A DNA stretch of 64,000 nucleotides from positions 32,001 through 96,000 of the forward strand of contig CAYZJA010000001.1 in NCBI GenBank assembly GCA_964479005.1, in the 5' to 3' direction. Under the pieces are notes generated by a model. The model saw only the letters and a list, made by a program, of their open reading frames with translations. It did no database searches and had not been told where the DNA came from. The position numbers and the translations under genes are program-made. The DNA is from an uncultured Candidatus Saccharibacteria bacterium (GTDB taxonomy: Bacteria > Patescibacteriota > Minisyncoccia > UBA6257). Shown here piece after piece: positions 46,341 through 54,687 of this stretch (position 1 is the first letter of the stretch; every line of letters starts with the position of its first letter).

Positions 46341-46856
46341 ATGGTTAAATTAAATTTTGTTTATAAAAAAGAAGAATTATTGAAGATCTATAAAGCAGGA
46401 TGTGATGTCTGGAAAGTTCCTTTTGATTTAAAAGATTTTTTGCAAAACTATCCTGAAGGAGACGATACAAATATTCCTTTCTTTAGGGGGATGAATCGTG
46501 CTCATTTTGTTGAGCTTTGGAAAGAAAAAGAAGAGAATGTGATTACTGAGATTGGAAAGGTTTATAAGCCCTTCTCTGAAGGGGAAATTATTATTGGTTT
46601 ATTTCCGAGTAGAGATATTTTTTGGAAATTTGAGACACAGAAAAGTTATGCTATTCTGGGTCCTGATAAGAAGGCTTTAGTAGCTTTAGTTCCTGGTCCT
46701 GATCGTTTTAGATATTTAATTCATGAACTTTTTCATGCTAATAATGATTTGAGAATGGAAACAGGTTTAACCCCTATTAAAAAGCATCAATGGTTTGATG
46801 ATCAATCCCTGGAGATCGCAAAGAAATATTTTAAAATTTCTTTTAATAAATTATAA
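46341..46856 (+). CDS. Hypothetical small protein with an HExxH motif (putative Zn-metallopeptidase)
   Basis: IHELFHA. The upstream region carries the TCAGGACAAATT repeat variant. Confidence 0.4.
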   Translation: MVKLNFVYKKEELLKIYKAGCDVWKVPFDLKDFLQNYPEGDDTNIPFFRGMNRAHFVELWKEKEENVITEIGKVYKPFSEGEIIIGLFPSRDIFWKFETQKSYAILGPDKKALVALVPGPDRFRYLIHELFHANNDLRMETGLTPIKKHQWFDDQSLEIAKKYFKISFNKL

Positions 46857-46880
46857 AATCCTATCAAAGTCGAATTTCGT

Positions 46881-46913
46881 AAAAGGTCAAAAAAATAATT
46901 AAAAATAAGATTT
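46881..46913 (+). promoter_or_regulatory. Island 5' cassette motif copy
   Basis: AAAAGGTCAAAAAAATAATTAAAAATAAGATTT-ATG. Confidence 0.55.
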
Positions 46914-47516
46914 ATGAAAAAAGTTATTATAATTCACGGTTGGGGCGGTTCTTCAGACGAACCTTTACTTAGGTGGTTGAAATCAGAATTAGAGAAAAAC
47001 GATTTTGAGGTTATTGTGCCGGAAATGCCCAATCCAGAAAAGCCAAATATTGAAACTTGGGTTTTAAAACTCAAGGAATTAATCGAAATACCAAATAAAG
47101 ATACAATATTGGTAGGACATTCTATTGGTTGTCAAACAATATTGAGATATTTAGAGAAATTACATCCTACATCAAGAATCGGTGGCGTTGTATTTATTGC
47201 GCCGTGGCTTACTTTGTCAAATTTAAAAAATGATGAGGAATGGCGAGTCGCTGGCCCTTGGCTCAATACGCCAATTAGAGAAATAAATATTATAAAACAC
47301 ATTCCGAAAATAACGGCTATTTTTTCAGATAACGATCCTTATGTGCCGAGCGAAAATATAGAGATGTTTAAGAGAAAGTTTAATGACTACATTAAAGTCA
47401 TTGTTGAACACAAAAAAGGGCATTTTACTGCTGATGATGGTGTAGAAAAATTAGAATCTGCCCTGGATGCTATATTTGAGGTAAATAATTATATATGGGA
47501 AAAATTAAAATTGTAG
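46914..47516 (+). CDS. RBBP9/YdeN-family alpha/beta serine hydrolase
   Basis: IIIHGWGGSSDEP ... VGHSIGCQ (GxSxG). Confidence 0.7.
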   Translation: MKKVIIIHGWGGSSDEPLLRWLKSELEKNDFEVIVPEMPNPEKPNIETWVLKLKELIEIPNKDTILVGHSIGCQTILRYLEKLHPTSRIGGVVFIAPWLTLSNLKNDEEWRVAGPWLNTPIREINIIKHIPKITAIFSDNDPYVPSENIEMFKRKFNDYIKVIVEHKKGHFTADDGVEKLESALDAIFEVNNYIWEKLKL

Positions 47517-47550
47517 AAAATTATAAAATTAGAATAAAAATTTAAACTTC

Positions 47551-47580
47551 AAAAGATCAAAAATTAATTAAGAAAAATTT
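47551..47580 (+). promoter_or_regulatory. Island 5' cassette motif copy
   Basis: AAAAGATCAAAAATTAATTAAGAAAAATTT-ATG. Confidence 0.55.
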
Positions 47581-48441
47581 ATGCTCTCGTATGCTAATGG
47601 AAAATTTATTTCAACAGACGAACTATCTCTACCTGTGCAAAAAGATTTGATAGGCACTTTTCGTGGTTTTCGCATTTTTACTGCTTGTCGCACTTTACCA
47701 AATGGAAAGATTTTTCGTTTTGAAGATCATATTAACCGTTTGTTTAGTTCTGCTAAAGTCATTCATATGGAATTGCCGCATAACAAAAATGAATTAAAAG
47801 AAATTGTTCGAGAGGTAATAACTAAAAATAACAAAGACAACGGGGAATTGTTGCTTGAGATAATGTATAGTGGCGGTAAAGCAGCTTCAAACGGGATAGC
47901 GCCAGTAGGGGAGACTATTTTGTATATTTTGGTTTTGTCTTTAAATCTGCCGCCTGAAGAGTGGTATCAGCAAGGTATAAAGTTGGCAAGTTTTCCTTAT
48001 CAGCGTCAGTGGCCAGAAATTAAGTTCTTAAACTATGTTGGTGCTGTGATTGCCCATCAAACGGTAGTTAAAGAATACGGAGCAGATGAAGTTCTTTTTC
48101 TTTCGCCAGACGAAAAAAACATTGTGTTGGAAGGCACTACTTTTAATTTTTTTGTTGTTAAAAATGGTGTTGTGTTTACTCATGCTTTAGATGGTAAGAT
48201 TTTGCCTGGTATAACGCGCAAGGTGGTTTTAGAATTAGCGTACAAAGAAGGTGTTGAGGTTAAAGAGATAAATTTTTCTCTTAATGAATTAGCTGAAATG
48301 GATGAGGCATTTATTACATCTTCAACACGCAATATAGTGCCTGTGATTAGGGTTGATAACATAATAATAGGCAATGGTAAACCAGGTGAACTAACCCTTA
48401 AACTGGCAAGGATTTTTAAAAAATATCAAATCAACTATTAA
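47581..48441 (+). CDS. Class IV (fold-type IV) aminotransferase (branched-chain/D-amino acid type)
   Basis: FEDHINRLFSSAK, EVLFL...GTTFNFFVVKNG...LPGITR. Confidence 0.8.
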   Translation: MLSYANGKFISTDELSLPVQKDLIGTFRGFRIFTACRTLPNGKIFRFEDHINRLFSSAKVIHMELPHNKNELKEIVREVITKNNKDNGELLLEIMYSGGKAASNGIAPVGETILYILVLSLNLPPEEWYQQGIKLASFPYQRQWPEIKFLNYVGAVIAHQTVVKEYGADEVLFLSPDEKNIVLEGTTFNFFVVKNGVVFTHALDGKILPGITRKVVLELAYKEGVEVKEINFSLNELAEMDEAFITSSTRNIVPVIRVDNIIIGNGKPGELTLKLARIFKKYQINY

Positions 48442-48462
48442 CTAATTGAAGTTTAATTTCGT

Positions 48463-48492
48463 AAAAGGTCAAAAATTAATTGGGAATAAAAA
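48463..48492 (+). promoter_or_regulatory. Island 5' cassette motif copy
   Basis: TAAAAGGTCAAAAATTAATTGGGAATAAAAA-ATG. Confidence 0.55.
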
Positions 48493-49485
48493 ATGAGTTT
48501 GTTTATAAGAAAAAATTTAGTAAAGACATTAATCTTTTTGTTTTTTCTGATTTTGGCAGGAGGCATTTTTCTTATAGAAGAAGAATTGTATACAGGGACA
48601 ACCCTTGAAGAAGATTTTGTTTTAGAAAAAGGGTTGAATGAGGCTCCAACAGAGAGCCCAGAATTAAAAGAGCCTTCTTTTATAGTTTTATTTTCAGCTA
48701 CTGAGCTTCAGCAAGGAAATACATTAATTATTATGGCAGAGAATATTCCTGAGGGGGAAAAAATTACGGGAAAATTTAACGGTAAATCATTTGATTTTTT
48801 TCCAGTTAAACCAGAAGGAAAATGGAGAGCTCTTTTGGGAATTGATGCAAAAAAAGCTCCTGGAGAATATTCTTTATCAGTTTTTCTTTCTGATGAATCA
48901 GAAATCAAAGAAACAATAACAGTAAAAAAGAGCAACTTTCCTGTAACCAAAATTGTAATAACGCCAGAACTGGAAGAAAAGGGTTTTACTGCATCAAATA
49001 TAGCAGGAAATATTGCTACTAAAGACGGGGTTATTATTTATGGGGTTTTAGAAAAATATAGTTCTATGGCATATTTTAACCAGAGTTTTATTTATCCGTT
49101 TGAGGAAATAATAAACGTGGGCGCTTTTGGAAACATTAGAAAAGACGGAAAGATTACAATTCAGCATTTGGGAGTGGATTTAGATGCTGTTGAGGGGACA
49201 TCAGTTTATGCGATTAATAATGGTAGAGTAGTTTTTGTTGAAGAATTAACAGTTTTTGGTAATACAATTATTATAGATCATGGCTTAGGAATTTATTCTT
49301 TATATTTACATCTTTCTGAATTTAAAGTTTTGGAAGGAGAAATACTGGAAAGGGGAGAATTAATTGGACTTTCTGGAAACACTGGTTGGTCAGTAGGGCC
49401 TCATTTACATCTTTCCATAAAAGTAAATGGAGCAAGCGTTGATCCTTTGGAGTTTATTAGAACGGTTGATGAATTTTTGAAATAG
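48493..49485 (+). CDS. M23 (LytM-type) metallopeptidase with an N-terminal TM anchor
   Basis: HLGVDLDA...IDHGLGIYSLYLHLS...GNTGWSVGPHLHLSI. Confidence 0.85.
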   Translation: MSLFIRKNLVKTLIFLFFLILAGGIFLIEEELYTGTTLEEDFVLEKGLNEAPTESPELKEPSFIVLFSATELQQGNTLIIMAENIPEGEKITGKFNGKSFDFFPVKPEGKWRALLGIDAKKAPGEYSLSVFLSDESEIKETITVKKSNFPVTKIVITPELEEKGFTASNIAGNIATKDGVIIYGVLEKYSSMAYFNQSFIYPFEEIINVGAFGNIRKDGKITIQHLGVDLDAVEGTSVYAINNGRVVFVEELTVFGNTIIIDHGLGIYSLYLHLSEFKVLEGEILERGELIGLSGNTGWSVGPHLHLSIKVNGASVDPLEFIRTVDEFLK

Positions 49486-49491
49486 CGAAAC

Positions 49492-49526
49492 AAAAGGTCG
49501 AAAATTAATCGAAAATGAAATCTGTT
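49492..49526 (+). promoter_or_regulatory. Island 5' cassette motif copy, displaced ~50 nt from the ATG by an inserted GC-rich segment
   Basis: AAAAGGTCGAAAATTAATCGAAAATGAAATCTG then GGAGGTTGGGCCTCGC before the ATG at 49575. Confidence 0.45.
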
Positions 49527-49574
49527 TGGAGGTTGGGCCTCGCATTATTCTTTTTAAAATGATAATCTTAATAT

Positions 49575-50186
49575 ATGAGATTAGTTTTAAAAAATAAATA
49601 CTTCTTACTAAGGCACGGAAAAACTATTCATCAAGCAGAGAAGGAGGATATTGTTTATTACCATCCTGATGATAATCCTGCTTGTGCTTTATTAGAGAAA
49701 GGAATAAAGGAAGCTCAGCTAGCTGGGGAAGCACTAAAAGAAAAAAACATCGATTTAATATTTTCATCAGATATTTTAAGAACAAAACAGACAGTTAAAA
49801 TTGTTGCTGAATTAATTAACTATGATCTAGAGAAAGTAGTTTATGATGTAAGGTTAAGAGATGTTAATTGGGGAATATTTGGAGGAAAGAGTGAAGAAGA
49901 AGCTTGGTCATACTATAACAATGATATGATGAACAAGTTTGAATCAAGTGTTCCTCAAGGAGAGAGCTGGAATCAGTGCAGAGAAAGGATGGTTGAAGTT
50001 TTAAAGGAAATTGAAAATAATTTTGCAAATAAGAATATTTTAATAGTTTCTCATGGAGATCCTTTATGGCTTTTAGAAGGATATATTAAAGGAAAAAGTA
50101 ATGAAGAATTGGTTTTTGGAAAGAATAGAAAAAAAGATATTAAAACCGGGGAAATAAGAGAAATTAATAATCAAACCAAAAAGTAA
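49575..50186 (+). CDS. Histidine phosphatase superfamily (phosphoglycerate mutase-like) protein
   Basis: LLRHGKT catalytic RHG motif; downstream His in SHGD. Confidence 0.75.
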   Translation: MRLVLKNKYFLLRHGKTIHQAEKEDIVYYHPDDNPACALLEKGIKEAQLAGEALKEKNIDLIFSSDILRTKQTVKIVAELINYDLEKVVYDVRLRDVNWGIFGGKSEEEAWSYYNNDMMNKFESSVPQGESWNQCRERMVEVLKEIENNFANKNILIVSHGDPLWLLEGYIKGKSNEELVFGKNRKKDIKTGEIREINNQTKK

Positions 50187-50208
50187 GAATTAATTGGGAA
50201 ATAAAAAT

Positions 50209-50544
50209 ATGTCGAAAATGACTATAAAAGAAGCTCAAGAAATTGTTGATAAATGGATTAACACAACCGGGGTGCGATATTTTTCTGAACTTACAAATTT
50301 AGCTCAATTGGTTGAGGAAGTAGGTGAGGTTGCTCGAGTTATGTCCAGAACTTATGGTGATCAGAGTTTTAAGAAATCAGAAGAGGGTAAAAAATTAGCC
50401 GATGAATTGGCGGATGTACTTTTTGTACTTATATGTCTTGCCAACCAAACGGGTGTTGATTTGACAGAAGCACTTCAGGGGAATATTGAGAAAAAGACAA
50501 AAAGAGACAAAGATCGGCATCGAAATAATCCAAAATTAAAATAA
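50209..50544 (+). CDS. MazG-family nucleotide pyrophosphohydrolase
   Basis: EEVGEVARV...ELADVLFVLICLA EExxE motifs. A partial cassette motif is upstream; the ATG was chosen over the TTG. Confidence 0.8.
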   Translation: MSKMTIKEAQEIVDKWINTTGVRYFSELTNLAQLVEEVGEVARVMSRTYGDQSFKKSEEGKKLADELADVLFVLICLANQTGVDLTEALQGNIEKKTKRDKDRHRNNPKLK

Positions 50545-50573
50545 AAAACGTCAAAAATTAATTGAAAATTAAA
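50545..50573 (+). promoter_or_regulatory. Island 5' cassette motif copy with no gene behind it (followed by a 10-codon mini-ORF and a hairpin)
   Basis: AAAACGTCAAAAATTAATTGAAAATTAAA-ATGCCC... Confidence 0.5.
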
Positions 50574-50576
50574 ATG

Positions 50577-50600
50577 CCCAAGGATAAGCTTATCCTTGGG
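50577..50600. terminator. Perfect 12-bp palindrome (CCCAAGGATAAG/CTTATCCTTGGG); likely terminator for the convergent minus-strand gene
   Basis: Perfect inverted repeat. A T-rich run follows on the minus strand. Confidence 0.5.
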
Positions 50601-50618
50601 CGGTGATAGTGGGATTTA

Positions 50619-50855
50619 TTATTTCTTTTCATGATAAACTACCATAAAGATTGCAAATATTGCTACGAGCAAATAAATAGTAAAATCCGAGCTCATTATA
50701 CCAATATTTTTGACCGTTAATCTTTCTATTGAAGAAAACATAATGATAATACAACAGACAAGAGATGTTACAATAGAAATTATAAGCAGAATTGTCAAAG
50801 ACGCTAACACACGAGAGAAAATCTTCTCAATTTTAAAAGGAAAAAATTCTTTCAT
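50619..50855 (-). CDS. Small two-TM membrane protein
   Basis: Good SD (GGAGGAAGGGATCA-ATG) on the minus strand; two hydrophobic helices. Confidence 0.5.
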   Translation of the reverse strand: MKEFFPFKIEKIFSRVLASLTILLIISIVTSLVCCIIIMFSSIERLTVKNIGIMSSDFTIYLLVAIFAIFMVVYHEKK

Positions 50856-50997
50856 TGATCCCTTCCTCCTTCTTATTTATTAAATCTTTTATCAAAGATT
50901 TTAATATACTATTTGTACAAAATAATACCATAAACTATTGGTTAGAAAACTTAAAAGATTATGAAAGTAGGGACAAGGAGAGCTAGAGAACTGGCTA

Positions 50998-51201
50998 TTA
51001 GCCTCCTTGTCGCCCGTGAGTTATTAAAAGAATTTTTTGTTTTTCGATTTCTATTTCAATCGTATTTAGTCCACCGTGGGTACTATCTGAGTAACCCTTG
51101 CCAGATCCGCAAACTGGACACGCTCCATCTTTCCAAAGTTTATGATGGGTTTTGTATAAGCAATGGCTGCATCTCCAGATCCTTTTAGGTACATTTTGCA
51201 T
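50998..51201 (-). CDS. Small zinc-ribbon protein
   Basis: CSHC...CPVC motif; SD AAGGAG 6 nt before the ATG. Preferred over the overlapping + strand ORF 50961-51188. Confidence 0.5.
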   Translation of the reverse strand: MQNVPKRIWRCSHCLYKTHHKLWKDGACPVCGSGKGYSDSTHGGLNTIEIEIEKQKILLITHGRQGG

Positions 51202-51300
51202 TTGCTTTCACTCCTTCTTTTTTCTCTTTTTATTAGATTTTAAGATGTCAATATGCTATTTGTATAAGATGATACCATTAATTATAATAAAGGTCAAGTT

Positions 51301-51332
51301 CGTAAAAGGTAAAAATTAATGGAATATAAAAT
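51301..51332 (+). promoter_or_regulatory. Island 5' cassette motif copy (variant), ~90 nt upstream of the ATP-cone gene
   Basis: CGTAAAAGGTAAAAATTAATGGAATATAAAAT. An extended -10 TGGTATAAT follows at ~51387. Confidence 0.45.
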
Positions 51333-51422
51333 AATAGTTAGACTTTCTAATGTATTAGATTTTTGAAAAATCTGGTATAATTGAAAAGGTCGTTAACATT
51401 AATAAATAATTCTTAATAAATT

Positions 51423-51701
51423 ATGGCAGAAGTTATTAAAAAAAATGGAATGAAAGAACCATTTGATCCTGAAAAAATTAAAAAATCAATTGCTGGTGCT
51501 GCTCAACAGGCTGATGTCCCAGAAGAGAGAAAAGACGAAGTAGTATATGAAGTGGCAGGAACAGTAATCCCTATGTTTGAAGGTAAAGAGGAAATTGATA
51601 CAAGTGATATTAAGAAAGCTATTCTTAGTGAGTTGGATAGGGTTGAACCGGCTGTAGCTAGTGCTTGGAGAAAATATGAGGAAGGTAAAAGGAAAGTTTA
51701 A
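51423..51701 (+). CDS. Stand-alone ATP-cone domain protein
   Basis: VIKKNGMKEPFDPEKIKKSIAGAA matches the ATP-cone consensus (VIKRDG..E.F...KI). Confidence 0.55.
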   Translation: MAEVIKKNGMKEPFDPEKIKKSIAGAAQQADVPEERKDEVVYEVAGTVIPMFEGKEEIDTSDIKKAILSELDRVEPAVASAWRKYEEGKRKV

Positions 51702-51898
51702 TAAAGAAGGATGAAAGGCGTCCCAATGGGGCGCTTTTCAATTTAGGTAAAAAAGAAATTAAAGTAATCTTTATTATCTATTACTTTTTCTACTTTTTAA
51801 TTCCTTTATTAGCTAAGATATTAATTATATTATATACTTATATATAATTTTAATAAACTAATCTTTATAAAAAGCTAAAAATTAAGGGAGAATTTATT

Positions 51899-52105
51899 AT
51901 GGAATGTCAAAAAGAAGAAAATTTAAAAAGTTGTCCTTGTACTTATCCTGATTGTCCAAGAAAAGGCATTTGTTGTGAGTGTATAAAATATCATTTGGCG
52001 CGCAATGAATTGCCAGCTTGTTGTTTTTCAAAGGAAGCAGAAAAGACTTTTGATCGTTCCTTTGAAATGTTTATTAAAAATCAAAAAGGCAAATTGAAAG
52101 AATAG
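51899..52105 (+). CDS. Small cysteine-rich protein (CPC...CP...CCEC...CC)
   Basis: 9 Cys in 68 aa arranged as a metal-binding-like pattern. Confidence 0.5.
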   Translation: MECQKEENLKSCPCTYPDCPRKGICCECIKYHLARNELPACCFSKEAEKTFDRSFEMFIKNQKGKLKE

Positions 52106-52140
52106 AGAAGATAATAAGCATTTTATGTTAAAATATATTA

Positions 52141-52174
52141 AAAGGTCGGAAATTAATTAAAGAAATTAAATACT
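52141..52174 (+). promoter_or_regulatory. Island 5' cassette motif copy (last clear copy in the island)
   Basis: AAAGGTCGGAAATTAATTAAAGAAATTAAATACT-ATG. Confidence 0.5.
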
Positions 52175-52339
52175 ATGAAAAAAGAATTTCCTTATCAAAT
52201 TCATATGGCCCTTGGACTCATTTGGCTTTTTGTTGGGGTAGTTTTTCATTCAGGAATTGAGTTAGCTATTTGGGTCGCTGGAGGATTAGTGATGGTAACA
52301 ATTGGTTTTTTAAACAAAAAAGGCAAAGAAAATCATTAG
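52175..52339 (+). CDS. Small (54 aa) two-TM membrane protein; not in the ORF track because it is under 60 aa
   Basis: MKKEFPYQIHMALGLIWLFVGVVFHSGIELAIWVAGGLVMVTIGF... preceded by the cassette motif. Confidence 0.35.
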   Translation: MKKEFPYQIHMALGLIWLFVGVVFHSGIELAIWVAGGLVMVTIGFLNKKGKENH

Positions 52340-52362
52340 TAGGTAAAAATAGTAAAAATAAT

Positions 52363-52584
52363 ATGAATAATAAAATCTTAAAAGCCCTAAGAGAAGATTT
52401 AATTGGGGAATTAGGGGCTATTAATCAATATCAGGAGCATATTGATGAAATTGATGATGAAGAGGCCAAAAAAGTATTAAGTCATATTAGAGATGATGAA
52501 AAAGAGCATGTCGCTGAGTTAATTAAGATAATTAGAAAATTAGATACTACACAGGAAGAAAAGTTCCAGAAAGAAGAGCTCTAA
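52363..52584 (+). CDS. Small all-alpha protein, possibly ferritin-like
   Basis: EDLIGELGAINQYQEHIDEIDDEEAKKVLSHIRDDEKEHVAELI. Start set at the internal ATG. Confidence 0.4.
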   Translation: MNNKILKALREDLIGELGAINQYQEHIDEIDDEEAKKVLSHIRDDEKEHVAELIKIIRKLDTTQEEKFQKEEL

Positions 52585-52589
52585 ATCAT

Positions 52590-52880
52590 ATGGTAGGAAA
52601 ATCTGAAAAATATTGGTCTAAAGAAGTTACTTTAAAGAGTCGCGCTTTAGTCTTAGAAGAGGGTGTTTTTACTTGGCAAGATCCAAAACATATTGCTCAA
52701 TCGCTGAAAAAATCAGCTGAAGAAAGTACTGAGCGAAAGGGAACACCGCTTCAATCAGCGATGTCAATGCTTAATTTTTATATTAACCGCGCTGGTAAAA
52801 ACCTTGATTCAAAGCAACGCAAGATTTTGGAACAAGCCAAAAAAGAATTGAGAATAGTTTTTGGAAAAAATAAAGAATAA
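52590..52880 (+). CDS. Hypothetical protein
   Basis: 96-aa ORF, no motif recognised. Confidence 0.45.
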   Translation: MVGKSEKYWSKEVTLKSRALVLEEGVFTWQDPKHIAQSLKKSAEESTERKGTPLQSAMSMLNFYINRAGKNLDSKQRKILEQAKKELRIVFGKNKE

Positions 52881-52892
52881 TTAATAAAAAAG

Positions 52893-53894
52893 ATGAAGAA
52901 AGGAAGTAATATTAATAAAGGCGAGATTGTTATTTATCGTCCCAAAAGTGGTGAAGTTGAAGTAAAAGTTAAATTGGAGAAAGAAACAATTTGGTTAACG
53001 CAAGCGCAAATTGCTTCACTTTTTGGTACAAAAAGACCAGCAATTACCAAGCACCTTAGTAATATTTTTAAAAGCGGGGAATTAGATAAAAATTCAGTAT
53101 GTTCCATTTTGGAACATACTGCCGCTGATGGAAAAACGTATAAAACCAAGTTTTATAATTTAGACATAATTATTTCTGTTGGCTATAGAGTGAATTCTAA
53201 AAGAGCGACACAGTTTAGGGTTTGGGCAACAAGAGTTTTAAAACAGCATATTCTTCAGGGTTACACCATTAATCAAAGGCGTTTATTAGAAACCAGGTCC
53301 AAGTTTAAAGAATTGCAGAATGCCATTGCTTTTTTACGGGAAAAATCAAGCAAGAAAACACTTAAAGGACAGGAAAAAGAGATATTAGATTTATTAGGTA
53401 ATTATGCTAAAACACTGACTATTTTAAGGCAGTATGATAAAGGAAGAGTGCGGAAGTCAAAGGGTATGGAGGCTAAGTTTGTTTTAAGATATGATAATTG
53501 CAAGAATATTATCGTTGTATTAAAGAAAAATTTAATAGCAGAAAAAAAGGCTAGTGGTTTTTTTGGCGTTGAGACTGAAAGTAAATTTGAAGGTATAGCT
53601 AAAAATTTATACCAGACATTTGATAGAAAAATATTGTATAAAACTATTGAGGAAAAAGCAGCGCATTTACTTTACTTTACTATTAAAGATCATCCATTTG
53701 TAGATGGTAACAAGCGAATTGCTTCGTTTTTGTTTGTTTATTTCTTAGATAAAAATGATTATCTTTATCGTAAGAATGGTGAGAAGAAAATAAATGATAA
53801 TGCTTTAGTTGCTTTAGCTCTCTTGGTTGCAGTAAGTGATTCTAAAGAAAAAGATATTTTGATTAAAATAATCATAAATCTTATAAATACTTAA
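52893..53894 (+). CDS. RhuM-family N-domain fused to a Fic/Doc domain protein
   Basis: RhuM-like N-terminal region and the Fic motif HPFVDGNKRIASF. Confidence 0.85.
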   Translation: MKKGSNINKGEIVIYRPKSGEVEVKVKLEKETIWLTQAQIASLFGTKRPAITKHLSNIFKSGELDKNSVCSILEHTAADGKTYKTKFYNLDIIISVGYRVNSKRATQFRVWATRVLKQHILQGYTINQRRLLETRSKFKELQNAIAFLREKSSKKTLKGQEKEILDLLGNYAKTLTILRQYDKGRVRKSKGMEAKFVLRYDNCKNIIVVLKKNLIAEKKASGFFGVETESKFEGIAKNLYQTFDRKILYKTIEEKAAHLLYFTIKDHPFVDGNKRIASFLFVYFLDKNDYLYRKNGEKKINDNALVALALLVAVSDSKEKDILIKIIINLINT

Positions 53895-53926
53895 TTTTTA
53901 AATTTAAAAAGATAATTAATAAAAAT

Positions 53927-54640
53927 ATGAAATTAGATAAAAAAGTAGCTTTAGTAACAGGCGGTTCAAATGGCATTGGAAAAGCTATTGCCCAGAGATT
54001 TTTAGATGAAGGAGCAAAGGTTATAATCTTTGATATTGTAAAACCAGATTATGATGTGAATTTTTATAAAGTTGATATAAGTAAAGAGGAACAAATCAGA
54101 AAAGCGTTTGAGAAAATTGAAGAATTAGATATTGTTGTTAATAACGCTGGAATTTATTTTCAAGCATCTGTTGAAGAAACATCAGGCGAACAATTAGACA
54201 AAATGATGGATGTAAACTTTAAAGGAGCATATTTGATTTCTAAATACGCGCTTCCTTTGGTTAGAAAAAACAAAGGAAATATTATCAATATTTCTTCTGC
54301 CATTGGAATTGCACCTGAGCCAGGATCTCCAGCTTATTGTTCATCTAAAGCAGCGATAATAATGCTTACTAAATGTATGGCTCAGGAATATGCTGCAGAA
54401 GGAATAAGAGTAAATGTGATATTACCAGGACCTATAGATACTCCATTATTGAGAAGAGTTCTTTCTTCTGATGAAGCGATTCATAAGTATGCTGAGTTAA
54501 ATCCCATGAGAAGAATTGGAAAACCTCAAGATGTTGCAAATGTGGCAGTCTTTTTGGCTTCAGATGAAGCAGGTTATGTAACTGGTGGAATATATTCAGT
54601 GGATGGCGGAGAATCCAGTTCTAGCCGATATTCAAAATAA
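53927..54640 (+). CDS. Short-chain dehydrogenase/reductase (SDR)
   Basis: TGGSNGIGKA, NNAG, YCSSKAA (YxxxK). Confidence 0.85.
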   Translation: MKLDKKVALVTGGSNGIGKAIAQRFLDEGAKVIIFDIVKPDYDVNFYKVDISKEEQIRKAFEKIEELDIVVNNAGIYFQASVEETSGEQLDKMMDVNFKGAYLISKYALPLVRKNKGNIINISSAIGIAPEPGSPAYCSSKAAIIMLTKCMAQEYAAEGIRVNVILPGPIDTPLLRRVLSSDEAIHKYAELNPMRRIGKPQDVANVAVFLASDEAGYVTGGIYSVDGGESSSSRYSK

Positions 54641-54687
54641 GAACCTGCTTCGCAGAACCTTGTTTTTCATTTCATTCAAAATAACAA

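Noticed and set aside
50961-51188. A + strand 75-aa ORF overlapping the minus-strand zinc-ribbon gene.
   Set aside because: The minus-strand frame has a CxxC...CxxC motif and a canonical SD. The + strand frame has neither.
35004-52174. The regularly spaced repeats across the island could be mistaken for a CRISPR array.
   Set aside because: The repeats are imperfect and 600-1,200 bp apart. Each precedes a start codon, and the intervening sequence consists of full-length genes rather than 30-40-nt spacers.
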